Shown: positions 38,338-50,426 of the stretch, one piece after another | How positions within the stretch are numbered: the first letter of the stretch is position 1 | Layout of the letters: each line of letters begins with the position of its first letter | From: Utricularia gibba | Taxonomy: Eukaryota > Plantae > Magnoliophyta | Assembly: GCA_002189035.1 (NCBI GenBank) | Contig: CM007992.1 | Location: 434,001 to 498,000 of the forward strand | DNA length: 64,000 bases | Direction: 5' to 3' | The notes under the pieces: model-generated | Seen by the model: the letters and a program-made list of their open reading frames with translations, nothing else | Databases searched by the model: none | Told to the model about the DNA's origin: nothing | Translations under genes and position numbers: made by a program

Positions 38338-40272
38338 TTAGGCCTGTCCACCGCGCCTCTGTTCTGTGCCGGGGCTGAGGAGGGTGGCTTCGTCTCTGTT
38401 GAACTTCAGCCTGCTCGCCTGCTCGCGTGAAACATCGTAGGCATTCGCCAGAACCTCCACCGGAATGGATCGGATCGCGGAGAGGCGGCCGGCGAGAGAA
38501 GTGCTGATCGCGTTGTCGTTCGTCTTGAATGCGATCCATTCGAATCCTTGTTCGTTAGCCCTTTTCGCGACGGCGTAGTTCTGGGGGATCACCAGGAGCT
38601 GCCCTTCACGAACCTCGCCGTCGAATACAGACTCTCCGGTGGGTCCGACCACTTGGATTCTTGCGCTTCCGCGTGTGACGTACTTCGCGACGTGGGCGTT
38701 GACGCTGTACTTCGGTGCTTCTAATGCGTTCTGCGATGGGAAAAAACTCAGGTTATACTGAATTTGGATTGAAGTGTTCAGTTTTGTTTACCTTGTAGAG
38801 AATTCCTCTTTCTGCGCTGAGGCGGAGGTGGGAGAGGACTGGTAGAGTTTGGCTGTTGATGGTGGAGATTCTTCCGCTTCTGGGGTTGTAGAGATCGGCC
38901 CTCGACGGGTTATCGATGTTTTGGTTGAGTTTCAGGGTGCAGAACGTTTCTTCCAGGCCATTTCCCCTGCCTCTGCGTTCTTCTCCTTCTGATCTGCCAT
39001 GGCGGCGTTGCCGTTCACGCTCCTCCTGTTGCTCCTCCCCCCGTGGCGGCGCTCCCATTCACGCTCCTCCCGTTGCTCTTCCCCTCGCGGCGGCGCTCCC
39101 ATTCACGCTCTTCCCTGCCGTGGCGGCGCTCCCGTTCACGCTCCTCCTGTTCCTCTTCCCTGCCGTGGCGGCCCTCCCATTCACGCTCCTCCCGTTGCTC
39201 TTCTCTGCTCTGCTCGGGCAAGACCAGGCGAAGGCGCTTTGCGTTTACGATGAAACCTCTGTTATCGTCCTGGCTTTGAAGCTTCTTAATCAGTTCGCTG
39301 TCTACGTTGAAGGCTTCTGCCAGAAACTCCTCGTCAAATCCCCTGAAGACGTTGCTCCAGTTTTCTTCGCCTCTTCGCGGCTCTTGGCTGCCTCTACCGT
39401 GCCGGCGCTGAGACTCTTCACGTTCACGCTCCTCCCGGCTTTCGCTTTCGCCCCTTCCCCTACTTCCATGTTGCCACTCTTCACGGCGTTCGCTGCCGGA
39501 TCTCGGGTTCCCGGCGAGGAAGAATTTCTTTTTCAAAAACGAGAAAAATTAACATAACACAAAAAGCTTGGAAAATTTCTAAGCAGGGTTTCAGATCTTA
39601 CCCTGAAGTTCAAATCAAGCTGGTTCTTGTCATTGGCTACATCGATGATGGAAACGCTGATAATCGGCGTCTCCCCGTCGTTGTAAGTCCACCGTGCTAT
39701 TCCCTCCGGGAAGGCCAGTACATCACCCTGCCGGAACCTCCGCAGTTTCTGGTGGCGGTCGCTGCCACTCTCTTCACCCCTTTGGCCCTCCGGGCACCTT
39801 CACGGCTCTCCGACTCGTAAGTCTCAGCACATCCCGGAATCACCAGCCCTTGCACTCCTCTACCTGTCAACAAAACGAATCTCACCTTTCATTCACATAC
39901 ACGATTCTAAAGCTGCACTGCACAGAGCACGGTACGGCACTTGCCCTGGATAATGTAGGAGAGCTGGGGAGCATTGGCGTAGTGGGGAAGAAGGAGTCCG
40001 CCAGGCTGAATCACATGCCTAACAAACTGAATCCCAGCGCACTCCAGATCCCTAGAATTCGAATCCCAGAACTCAATATAACCCGCCTCGTACTCGTACC
40101 GGCGATCAGGCTCCCGCGCGTCGAGCTGCTGAATCCGGCAACTCGATTTCCCGCGGAGGCGGTGCTGCTGCTGGTGTCGGAGCTCCCAGAACCATCCCCT
40201 CTGCGGGAGCTCGAGCTGCGCGAAGGAGGAGTGGACGAGGAGGACGAGGAAGAGAAGAGACACGTACCCCAT
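38338..40272 (-). CDS. 11S globulin (legumin/cruciferin-type) seed storage protein, 4 exons; three apparent 1-bp frameshifts
   Basis: Signal peptide, [43 protein letters not shown], the NG|LEETFC cleavage site, and [12 protein letters not shown]. Frames are restored by adding one C at about 39787, 39081-84 and 39037-42. Confidence 0.93.
38990..39220 (-). repeat. Imperfect coding tandem repeat (ERE(W/R)(E/Q)RRHG-REEQ-type units) in the 11S hypervariable region
   Basis: About 5 units, each containing gagcgtgaa(t/c)gg..cgccgcca(c/t)gg on the minus strand. Confidence 0.85.
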
Positions 40273-40315
40273 GAGTCGCTCGCTACTTCTTGGTGATGCG
40301 GTTACAGTCGGAGTG

Positions 40316-40468
40316 TGCATGGGTATTTATAGAACCAGGAAGCCGGAGACGTGGCATGAAAGCGACACACTTGGCTGCTCGAATCCGTGCATGGGGCGGA
40401 GGCTCTGAGTCCCAGACGTTATGTGGCGACCGGAGCTCGTGAGGTGGTAGACGAAGCTGATATGCATG
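40316..40468 (-). promoter_or_regulatory. Seed-specific promoter of the 11S gene (TATA, RY/Sph motifs, ABRE)
   Basis: TATAAATA on the minus strand at about 40324-40331, TGCATG at 40316, 40388 and 40463, and ACGTGGC at 40349-40355. Confidence 0.7.
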
Positions 40469-41406
40469 AACTTGTACCACATTCTCAGCCAAGTTCATGA
40501 CTTTCAGAGAATATCTTATTTCAAGATAAATAAAAAATCTAAAAACTTGTAGTTTGTTTGTGCAGTTCCAATTTGAATAAAACTAATTATATAAGTGATT
40601 TTCTGATAAAACATGAGTTGATTTTGTTTCACATAGAGTTGAGGCAGTAAATTACTTTAAATTTTTTGTGAAATTGAGATTGTTCTGTTAAAAATTGAAT
40701 TAATTTTTAAATATATTAAATTTTTGACTTCATTTTATTTTAAATTTATTAATAATGTAATTAATGAGAGTAAATTAGTAATATTGTAAAAAATAAAAAA
40801 TTCATATGAAAAAAAATTACACCAAACAAGTTTTACTTCTATTTGTTTGGAATTAGTGGACCAAACAAAAATTGGTCCAAAAAACATTTATATAGAAGAG
40901 CTGTTCCAAATAGATTTTTAGTGAAATTAAAACATCAACATAAATTTTTAACCCCGGATACACAAAATTATGAGAATTTAATATACATTAAAAAGTATTT
41001 AATATAAAACCAACAATAAACTAGATAATTAGTTGAACCCATTTTTAAAATACTAATTGTAGATCAAGATGATTTGTGAAATGTAACATTCACATCGAAA
41101 TGATACTATGTATGCATCATTTGTTTATACAACATACCTTGGATGTGATCATATCAACACTAATACACCGAATATCGTCACAAATAGGAAATGGTATTGC
41201 ATACGTATGATTTCATGAGGCACTTGCAGTTTCACCAAGGAGGTGACATACAACAAACACACTAGGTATATTATTGAGCAAGTCAATGCACACACACACA
41301 CACACAAAACACACTAAAGTTTCAAATGCGACTATGGGATTTCGGTACAGTGCAATCAGCTAGTTGAACAACTCTAAAGATGGGATCTTTGAAGGGAGGA
41401 GCCAGT

Positions 41407-42998
41407 TCAGACTCTCACTTCCTGAGGGGTCGTCTCCGTTTCCGGATTCTCCTGCGACACCTCCTCCAGAGACTTGCCTTTGGACTCCGGCACCAGCAGC
41501 GTGCAGATCATCCCCAGAGCATTGATGCATCCGAGAACAATGAGTGAGTACTTCACCCCGATCCCTGGAGGATACCCTGCATCTGTCTTTGTTGGATCCC
41601 TGGATTGCGCGGCGTACAGGAAACCGAATGCGCCGATTATTGCTCCGGCTTTGCCTGCCGCGGCGGATATGCCGTGGCAAGTGGAGCGCAGCCGGGCGGG
41701 GAAGATTTCCGCGGGGATGACGAATGTGGTGGCGTTGGGGCCGAAGTTGGCGAAGAAGAATGTGAGGGAGTACATGACCACGAACCCGATTCTGTTCTCC
41801 TTGTGAGTCCAGTGAGTGTATGGAATGGCTATGGCGAACATGAAGACGGTCATGAAGAAGAAACCCATTAGCTGGATGAGGAATCTGCCCATTTTGTCGA
41901 TGAGGGCGACGGTGAACCAATAGCCGGGAACTGTGCTGCAGAGCGCGATCAGAGTTTGTGCTCTGGCGATTCTGTAGACTTCGTCGAGAGCGTTCATTGT
42001 TTTTGCAGGTGGGATCCATCCGATTGCGGAGAAGATGTCTTTTTGGAAGAGGTTTTGGCTGTAGAAAGCGATGTCCAGCAAGAACCAGGTGGAGGTGGTG
42101 CCGAGAAGATGAAGGCCGTGGCGGCGGAGGAATTGCCGTGAAAAGAGCCCGAAGTCGTTCCCACTTCGTTCGGCGATTTTCACCACTTTCTCTGGTTCTG
42201 CTTCGATTTCAACTTGCAGCACCTTTGACATGTCCGACGCTGCTTGTTCGGCGTTTTTAGCAACCAACGCCGTGTACCTGGCGGTTTCCGGCATCTTCAT
42301 CCGCCAGTAATATGTCAACGCCGCCGGGAGAGCACCGAACATGAGTACCAATCTCCAGACGTAATCGGCTTGAGGGACTGTGGAGGCGTTGGCGTTATCC
42401 TGGTAAGCGGGAGATGGATACGCCGCCTTGAAAGCGGCGGAGAGTATAATCGCCACCATTCCACCGCCCAAAATCCCGAACCCCTGCATCGCAAATACGG
42501 CGGCGATAAACGATCCCCGAGTCTTCTTATTAGCGTACTCCGACATGATTGTAGCGGAAAGAGGGTAGTCGCCCCCAATTCCAAACCCAAGCCAAAATCG
42601 GAAAAAACAAAGCGTCGCCATAACCGCCGTCGGGTTGCTCCCAAACGAAAGCCCTGACGCAACGGAGCAAACCACCATCAATATCAACGTTATGCCGTAC
42701 ACCCTTTTCCGGCCGAGCTTATCCCCAGCCATCCGAAGAAAAGCTGCCCCGCCAGAGTTCCACATAATGCGACGCCATTCACAGCGGCCGCAACATTCGG
42801 CGGCAAAGTCCCAGGCTTCGCAGCACCGGCTTGGTGGTAGTAGATTCTCCCAAGGAGTTTCGTAACTAAAGAAATACAGAAAAGATCGTACGCGTCGGTA
42901 AAGAAACCCATTCCGGCGATCACGATCGCCGTGAAATGGTACCACTGCGTCTTCGCACCATCGAGGGCGCTCAAAACTTGCAACTGCTCCCCCGCCAT
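41407..42998 (-). CDS. PHT1: High-affinity phosphate transporter, PHT1 family, intronless; apparent frameshift at C4, 42723-42726
   Basis: [34 protein letters not shown] and the PHT1 signature [13 protein letters not shown]. One missing G turns WLGDKLGRK into WLGISS. Confidence 0.95.
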
Positions 42999-44078
42999 TG
43001 ACCCGTCGCTCCACTGTAACTACGAGACGAGGAGAGGGAAAGGCATCGCCTCCTTATTCATAACCAGAGGATTCAAATCCTGGCCGTCGGATCAGATACC
43101 AAGTTTGACCGTTGAAGATCAAATTCCAGTCTCATTACAGCTGGCCCATTGCCCTTTCTGTCTTATTCTCAATTAATTAATTATTTTAAAAATAATATAT
43201 TCTCAATGGAAAAATGTCAACTTTGACTTTCCATATTAGAAGCTATCACAAGCTTCTCCCCACTAACGCCAACAATCAATCAAATTATGTTCCTTTTTGC
43301 TTCTCTTAGGTAAATGGTGACATTCTTTTTCATTGGTTTTAAATATAATTTTATTATTTCCAAATAAAGTAATACATATCTTCATTTCCATTATCATTAT
43401 CTTTAAAATTTGATAGTATAAATATGAATTAATTTTTTTAAAATATTTTGGTGATGATATTACCTATTTTTTAAGATGTAAAAAGAATCATAAACCGTTT
43501 ACGTGAGCCGATCACGATTTAAACGGTTCAATCACGATTAAATCATAATTATTTTTTAAACAATTTTAAAACAGTTTCAATTTGATTAGAATGTCATTAT
43601 AGACTATTTACGATTTAAAATGATTCAAATACAGGTTTTAAAACACATGATAATACCTAACCCAAAGAGCTTGTACGGATACATGATTAAAGTAAATGGG
43701 CAATTAGGGATTGAATTATTAGTCGTTAATCACAATTATTTGACCGAGAGCCGTACACTTAATTCACAAGGGCATGAGTACGTGGCGAATGGAAAACGTG
43801 AAAGATTATCCACATAATATTTTAGTATTGTTTCCGTAGTGGGATGTGATTATTAAATAAATATTTGATAATAAGTTTTATTTTAAAATAATTTTAAATA
43901 ATATTCTAAATAATTCCATACAACTAACATTAAATCTGCAAACAATGGTTTATTTTAAATTATATAATTTAAATTTAAAATATTTGTTCCAAGCATGTGT
44001 TAAAAAAATAATTAGAATGTTATTAAATGATCACGATATCATATGTTTTGACTTTGGAATTTCGACGTACAAAGAAGA

Positions 44079-44145
44079 GAATATTCGAATTTGGATGGAT
44101 TATTCTTGTCTATGTAGTAATCTTTGTGGCATCTAAAGAATATTC
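44079..44145. promoter_or_regulatory. Two P1BS (GNATATNC) PHR1-binding elements upstream of PHT1
   Basis: GAATATTC at 44079-44086 and 44138-44145, about 1.1 kb upstream of the PHT1 ATG. W-box cores also occur near 43087 and 43215-43230. Confidence 0.55.
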
Positions 44146-45485
44146 TTCTCCAAAGTCAACGATATGACGAAATATGGTTTAAAATACGATTTCATTATGA
44201 GATTAGAAAAAAAAAATATTTAATACAATAAGTTAGATATCTTGAAAATTTTATTATTTAATATATAAAATATAAACTTACATTTTTATGTCGAAAAAAA
44301 ATTCTTTTCATTTTTATGTATATAATAAAATTTCTCTCTCTAGATTTGGAATGAATTTTCAGCACATATTATTTTTATTAAAAATGAAATATCATATTTT
44401 AATATAGATATTTTTGATAATTAATCTTTTTTATCAAATAATAACTTCTATCAACAACAAATAGACAAGTTTTATCAAATCCCTAATTTCTAGGCAAACT
44501 CCTCTCTTGACAATTTTATGAAGTTTTAATCTTTATTTATTTATTTTATCAAAAATATCATTTAATATAATTTTTTATCTGTATCTTGATAATAGCAGTC
44601 CATGATATTTGAATTTGAATGAATTATTCTCATTGTGGTATTTGAATTGTATGTTTCTCCAAAGTTAACAACATAAAGATGTTTTAAAATCAATTGGGGA
44701 CGCATAATTGGCTCTGTTCTGAGCTTGGCTCTAGAGTTGGTCTCAATTTTGGAGCAATTCATTCAAATTGTGGAATAAAATAAAGTAAATAAAAATAGGA
44801 CTTCCATTGATGTGGGTTGCTGTGATCATGGGCCCATAATGAAATTGGGCCCCCAGGAATGAGAAGATTGGATGTACTTTTGGTGTTTAGTTAAAAAAAT
44901 ATATTGGCCCAATAAGTTAAAGCATTATTACCAATAAAAATGTTTGCTCAGACTCTTAAAATTATGAAAGTAAAATATCCGAAGATTGGGATTTTAAAAG
45001 ATAATGATTTTTCTGAGGGTTTGAACTTAGTTAAAATTTTTATATTATTATTTAATTATTAGTATATTTAAATTAGTTATTTTAATGTGATTTTGTGTTT
45101 AGAATTTATGAGAAAAAATTGAAATTCAGAATTTAATTATTTAAAAAATTTTGGAAAACATATTTCAGTGAAAAAGTACGTAATCTACCATGTTATTTTT
45201 TTTTTTCAACCAGCTGGAGGCGTTACCTGGCGGATCCGATTACACGGTAGAATGAAATAACGACGAAAACGGGATTGTGTGATGTGAAATGGCGAAGGAT
45301 TTTGGCCCATGTTCCTGAATTTCTTCTTCCTTAAGCTATGATTATCAAATTGTAATCTTTCTCTGGGGGACCATCTCATAGAGTTGAATTTCTCTAAGGC
45401 CCACGATTGGGGTGGGTACCCTGTCTGTTGGTCTTCCCAGAATTAGCGATTATCAGAAGATTTCCAGGGTGGTTTTTTTGGGGGG

Positions 45486-48400
45486 ATGGGGCAGCAACAG
45501 TCGAAGGATGAATTATTATTCCAGCAAGTGAATTATGGAAACGTTGGAGGAATCAAAGCTCTCCGGAGCCAAGGGGCTGGCCTTGAGGTATGTGGAGCTT
45601 CAGAGCTTTCATCTTGTTTTTGGTCTTTATAACGTTCGCTTCTGCGCGTTGCCAATGTTTATACATGCAGGCTATCGCTTGTTCACTGGATGAAGGTTCT
45701 TTTTTTCATTTGGTTTGTTCTTAATCAGCCTGTGTGCATGTATCTATTTGCGTTTTCAGTAGCTGAAGAAACTGTATGAATATGCATACTTTTTGCTTCC
45801 TGGTCCTGTTACATGTTTTTTAATGGGAAGTTTCTGGTTGCAGTGGATTGACCGTGAAGGGAAGACTCCTTTGATTGCTTCTTGCATGAATCCTGAGCTA
45901 TATAATGTCGCAAAAACACTGATAGAATTAGGTGCCAATGTTAATGCCTATCGTCCAGGTATACATTTGTGCTGGGAGAGACATATGATGGTTCAAGTTT
46001 TCTAGTTTTGGGCTAACTTTATGACATTGGTTTTCATATGTTTTGAAATTTTAACTGCAATGAAATGCGGTAACTTACAACTCTGGGGGTTTATATCTGA
46101 GTCCACATATGCTATTTCAAATTTAATCTTTTGATGAAGTGGTGTAGCTGACCGTTTTTATGATTCCTCGTATGTTGCTCATTATGTTTTTTCTTGAGTT
46201 ATAAATTTTATTTTGGGTTTATTGTAATGTGGCGTTGGCTTCCTCCACCTCTTTGTTTTAGGACGGCATGCTGGCACTCCTCTGCATCATGCTGCAAAAA
46301 GAGGCCTTGATCAGACTGTTAGGTTGCTTCTGTCACATGGAGGTAACCTTGAAACGATGTTGATTTCTAAAAGATGACTATGATGGATGATTTCCTCTCT
46401 TTTTGTCTGATGTTCTGTAAAAAATTTCAGCAAATCCACTTGTGATGAATGATGATTGCCAAACTCCCCTTGATGTTGCAAGAGCCAAGGGATATAGCAA
46501 TGTTGTCCGAGCAATTGAGGTTTCTAGACACTCACTGTGTCCTTGATGCTTAATTTCCGTTGCTGAGAAAAGTAGTTGACCCTTTCCTTGCATTGTTCTA
46601 GGACCATGTGTGCTTATTCTCTGGTTGGCTGCTAGAACTTTATGGGCCAGGGTTTCTAACTCTTCTGGCTCCTCAACTGCTCTCACGGAAAGTGTGAGTG
46701 CAATTTGCGTCTTTTCATTCCATTGGTCTGTTTTTGTAATGTTTCTGGTTTTTAAATATAATTATCTGTTTGTTGGGTATAAGTGAATGATGTAAAGGAA
46801 CTTGGAAATTAGTGATAATTTTAGCTCTTTTCAACTTTGATTTCACCTTTTTTTTTTCTGCATTTCCTTGTCTTGTACATGTTGGATAAGATGAAGCTTC
46901 CTTTAATATACTGCAGGTGGGTTGTTGTTTTGCCTTGTGGTTCACGAAATCTTCGAAAACCTTTGAAGCTAGAACTTGCAGTATATGCTGGTGCACAGGT
47001 TCCGTGAAGTTTGTTTCTGTTGGTTCATTGAGTGTTTCCATAAGCTGGTGCAATTCTCTTTTACGAAAGAAGTCTGCATGAGACTATGAGCTTTTTACTT
47101 GTTTCTGGATTAAGTGACTCCTTTTTCATATGGTGGTAACTTTTTACGGATTATTGTTCAAATCAAATTTGTTGAGGCCTATCCAACAACTCTGCTTTCG
47201 CCTGTTGGATGCATGCTGTCCTGAAGAGCTAAAAGTTTATTTTTTTTTAATCAGCTTACATTTACATGCAGAAATATGATACGTGTGTTTTTTTAAATTT
47301 AATCAGGATGCGCAACCGCGGACAGTTATCCCACTTTGGAAGTCCAATCTAGAGGAACCAAATTTTAACCTGCCAGATCCAGCAGCTGTCATAGCAGACG
47401 TTAATAAAAGTAATATCCTAACCTGTGTTCTATAGATTGGTAAAAAGTGTACTGCTTGTTGCCATTTTCCATTTACTTTACTTTCTCGCTGCCGAGTGTT
47501 AGACACACTATTAAGTGCTCACTGGGGGGTAAGTTGTAAGCTCCTGACTGATTGATTTGCAGCAAAAAAAAAAAAAATGTGGCCTCATGATATAGGAGCA
47601 TCTGATGTATCAAATGGATACTCCAGCGTTCCTTTCTTTGTAGTTGGCGTTCATAGGATTGATCATAGTCCTTGTATCTCTTTGGCTGCACAGTCTGAAG
47701 GAAATTATTGCCGTTTTTTTTATTATATGTTTATCGATGTGCAGTTGCAGAGTAACATCATTCTATAGATGCTGATTGTTTTTCTGATATCTTATATGGG
47801 TGTAGACACTCGGATTAAGCTCACACCTTTAAGTGATGCTGAAAAGGAGCAGTTGAGGAGGTTCTGCAATGCTTGCAAGGGAATTCCCCAGGTTTGAGCT
47901 TGCTGCTCATATCCATTCGAACTTTTTCTGCCCACTACAGGGGTTGTCTCTGTTAACAATGCAGGCTATCCATCCTTCCTTGCCTCCACACAATGCTGTG
48001 CCTGCCGCCGTAGCGGATGCTCCGGAAATCAGCGAGGAAGAAGATCTTGCTGCAGCGATAAGTGCTTCCCTCCAGTCTGAGCGACCTCCTAACACAGATT
48101 CATCTGGAAACGCCTCTGTTCACACTTACAGCCACAACAGCAAGTTGGGGATTGAAGAAGCCGGCCCATCAACTGTTCTGGCTCCGGACGCTTCGCCGGT
48201 GAACGCCTTGGAGAATCTCTCGCTCCCAGCTCCTTCAGCTCCTCCCGCTGATGATGATATCCATATTCACTATCCCCCGATCGATCTCAGCCCCCTCAAC
48301 TTGTCCTCCGACAAGAAGGACGACAGCGCCTCCTCCTCGTGCACCATATGCCTGGATGCTCCCCTGGAGGGCGCCTGCATCCCGTGCGGTCACCTGGCTG

Positions 48401-48498
48401 GATGCATGTCTTGCCTGAACGAAATCAAGGAGAAGAAATGGGGGTGCCCTGTTTGCCGCTCCAAGATCGATCAGGTGGTTCGGATCTACGCCGTTTAG
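45486..48498 (+). CDS. XBAT35: Ankyrin-repeat RING E3 ligase XBAT35/34-like, multi-exon
   Basis: MGQQQSKDELLFQQVNYGN, WIDREGKTPLIASC, HAGTPLHHAAKRGL and C-terminal CTICLDAPLEGACIPCGHLAGCMSCL...CPVCR..VRIYAV*. Confidence 0.93.
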
Positions 48499-49601
48499 CC
48501 CCCATGGAGTTGCAGAAGAAGAAAGAAGGCTTCTTCCTTGCAGCAACTCAGATCAGATCATCTTCTCCGGCAGCATCCAGGTGCTTCACCGCTCCACTTG
48601 TGAATAGACGGAATTCTGTCGTCATAGTTTCAATTTGTTTGGAAATATTGTATTTTCCATATATTTTTTTTGTTCATGTAAACTGAGGTTAAAGTAAATT
48701 AATATTTTAAATCATAAAAAAAAACATAAATCACCTGCGTAAATGATTCATGATTTGAGAGAGTGATTAAATTATTTATTTATTTTATATGTTTATTATA
48801 AAACAATATTAAATTATAATTAAGTCGAAATTACATTATGTTTGAACCATCATTAAATTATCATTGAATCTCGATTAATTTTTCTATTTTAAAATTATTC
48901 AAATTTAATTCAAACATTTGGTTTACAACATTTTTTAAGCCGACGGACTAATGGATGAATCGAACTAGTTTATCAGTTTTTAACAAGTTACTGGTTAACG
49001 GAAAAACCGATTTCCGGTTTTGTTTAAAGAATATATGGAAGATTTAAATATTATGCTTTTATTAGTATAAATGTGAAAGAGATGTATTAATACAGAATTT
49101 TGAACCGAACCCGTCCCGTACCGGTTCAGTTTTTATTTCCGATTGAAAAAACATGGGTTTACAGTTAAAAAGGATTTAACCCTGATTTAAAAACATAAGT
49201 TTAAAGAATGATTAGTGAGATGATTAGTCGGTTAAGCATGTCTCATGCCACGTCCGGTGCTTTCTAAATAAATGCTTTGTCCCTGGAGCATGTCGAGATT
49301 CTCAACTTTGACCATCCAATGGCTATCCAACAAAATCCCTGCCCGGACCTTGACAAAAAAAAAAAAAAAAAAAAAAAAAGATTTTATCCATTAGAATTTA
49401 CGTCGAATTAATTTTAAATATATAATTTTAATGATTTAAAGATAAATATTTTAAATTCATTATTATTATTAAATATTTTGAATTAGGTAATGGGGTGGGG
49501 GTGGCAGGAGGGGTAATTTAGTCATTTACTCGACCTGTCAATCAATCGTAAAGCTAGAATTGTTCGCTTTAAAAAAATCAAATTAAAGAATTAATAAACC
49601 T

Positions 49602-49604
<3 letters not shown>

Positions 49605-49639
<35 letters not shown>
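49605..49639. repeat. (CT)n microsatellite / GAGA-type element upstream of the LSH gene
   Basis: About 17 CT units, roughly 215 bp before the LSH ATG. Confidence 0.9.
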
Positions 49640-49641
<2 letters not shown>

Positions 49642-49852
49642 GGTTCCCCATTATGCCCTACTGTTCAACAATCTTCAACCCTAATACCAGCTTCAAGTTC
49701 CCGGAATACGAATCTCCGCTCCACCCCAGCTGCTTAAAGCCATGGAGTTCCTTGCTCCGCTTTCTCTGAGCCGACTGATCGTTTGATGGTGCAGAGGAGA
49801 CTGCTTTAGGGGTGGAGGTGAGTAGAATTTCTTGAAGGAAGATCTCGTCATC

Positions 49853-50426
49853 ATGGAGCATGATCTGAGCTCCCCGGAGCAGGATACCGGGAACCTGAGC
49901 ATGAACGTGGGTCCCCCTAGCCAGATCGTGGGATCGCCGCAGGGGCTTCCGGGGGCGTCGCCTCCTCAAACGGGTCCTCCCCGAGAACCCTGAGCCGGTA
50001 CGAGAATCAGAAGCGGCGGGACTGGATCAGCTTCGGGCAGTACCTGCGGAACCACCGCCCGCCGCTGTCGCTCCCCCGGTGCAGCGCATCCCACGTCTTG
50101 GAGTTTCTGCGGCATCTGGATCAGTTCGGGAAAACCAAAGTGCATAATCAGGTTTGTCCGTTCTTCGGCCATTCCCACCCCCGGCCCCCTGCTCGTGCCC
50201 TCTCCGGCAAGCCTGGGGGAGCCTCGACGCCCTCGTGGGGCGGCTCCGCGCGGCGTACGAGGAGAACGGGGGCTCACCAGAGAGTAACCCCTTCGCCAAT
50301 CGGGCGGTGAGGATTTACCTGAGGGAGGTTCGCGATTCCCAAGCGAAAGCCAGAGGCATCACCTACGAGAAGAAGAAGCGCAAGAAGCCGGAGTCGCTGA
50401 ACTCCGTCACACCGCCGCAGGGATGA
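49853..50426 (+). CDS. LSH: ALOG-domain protein (LIGHT-DEPENDENT SHORT HYPOCOTYLS-like); two apparent 1-bp frameshifts
   Basis: [55 protein letters not shown] and [13 protein letters not shown]. Frames join by adding one C at 49979-82 and 50178-82. Confidence 0.9.

Noticed and set aside
40551-40833. Possible degenerate MITE (ttgtttg...caaacaa ends)
   Set aside because: The TIR match is weak and there is no TSD.
42727-43014. N-terminus [11 protein letters not shown]... of the 535-aa ORF as a novel PHT1 extension
   Set aside because: It is the wrong frame; the canonical PHT1 N-terminus begins at 42998 and joins through a 1-bp homopolymer correction.
43490-43620. AACCG/CGGTT-rich imperfect inverted repeats here, at 4230-4310 and at 48950-49150
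   Set aside because: Probably old MITE relics, but no termini or TSDs can be defined.
49355-49379. 25-nt poly(A) run as a possible SINE/LINE tail
   Set aside because: No Pol III A/B boxes, element body or TSD adjacent.
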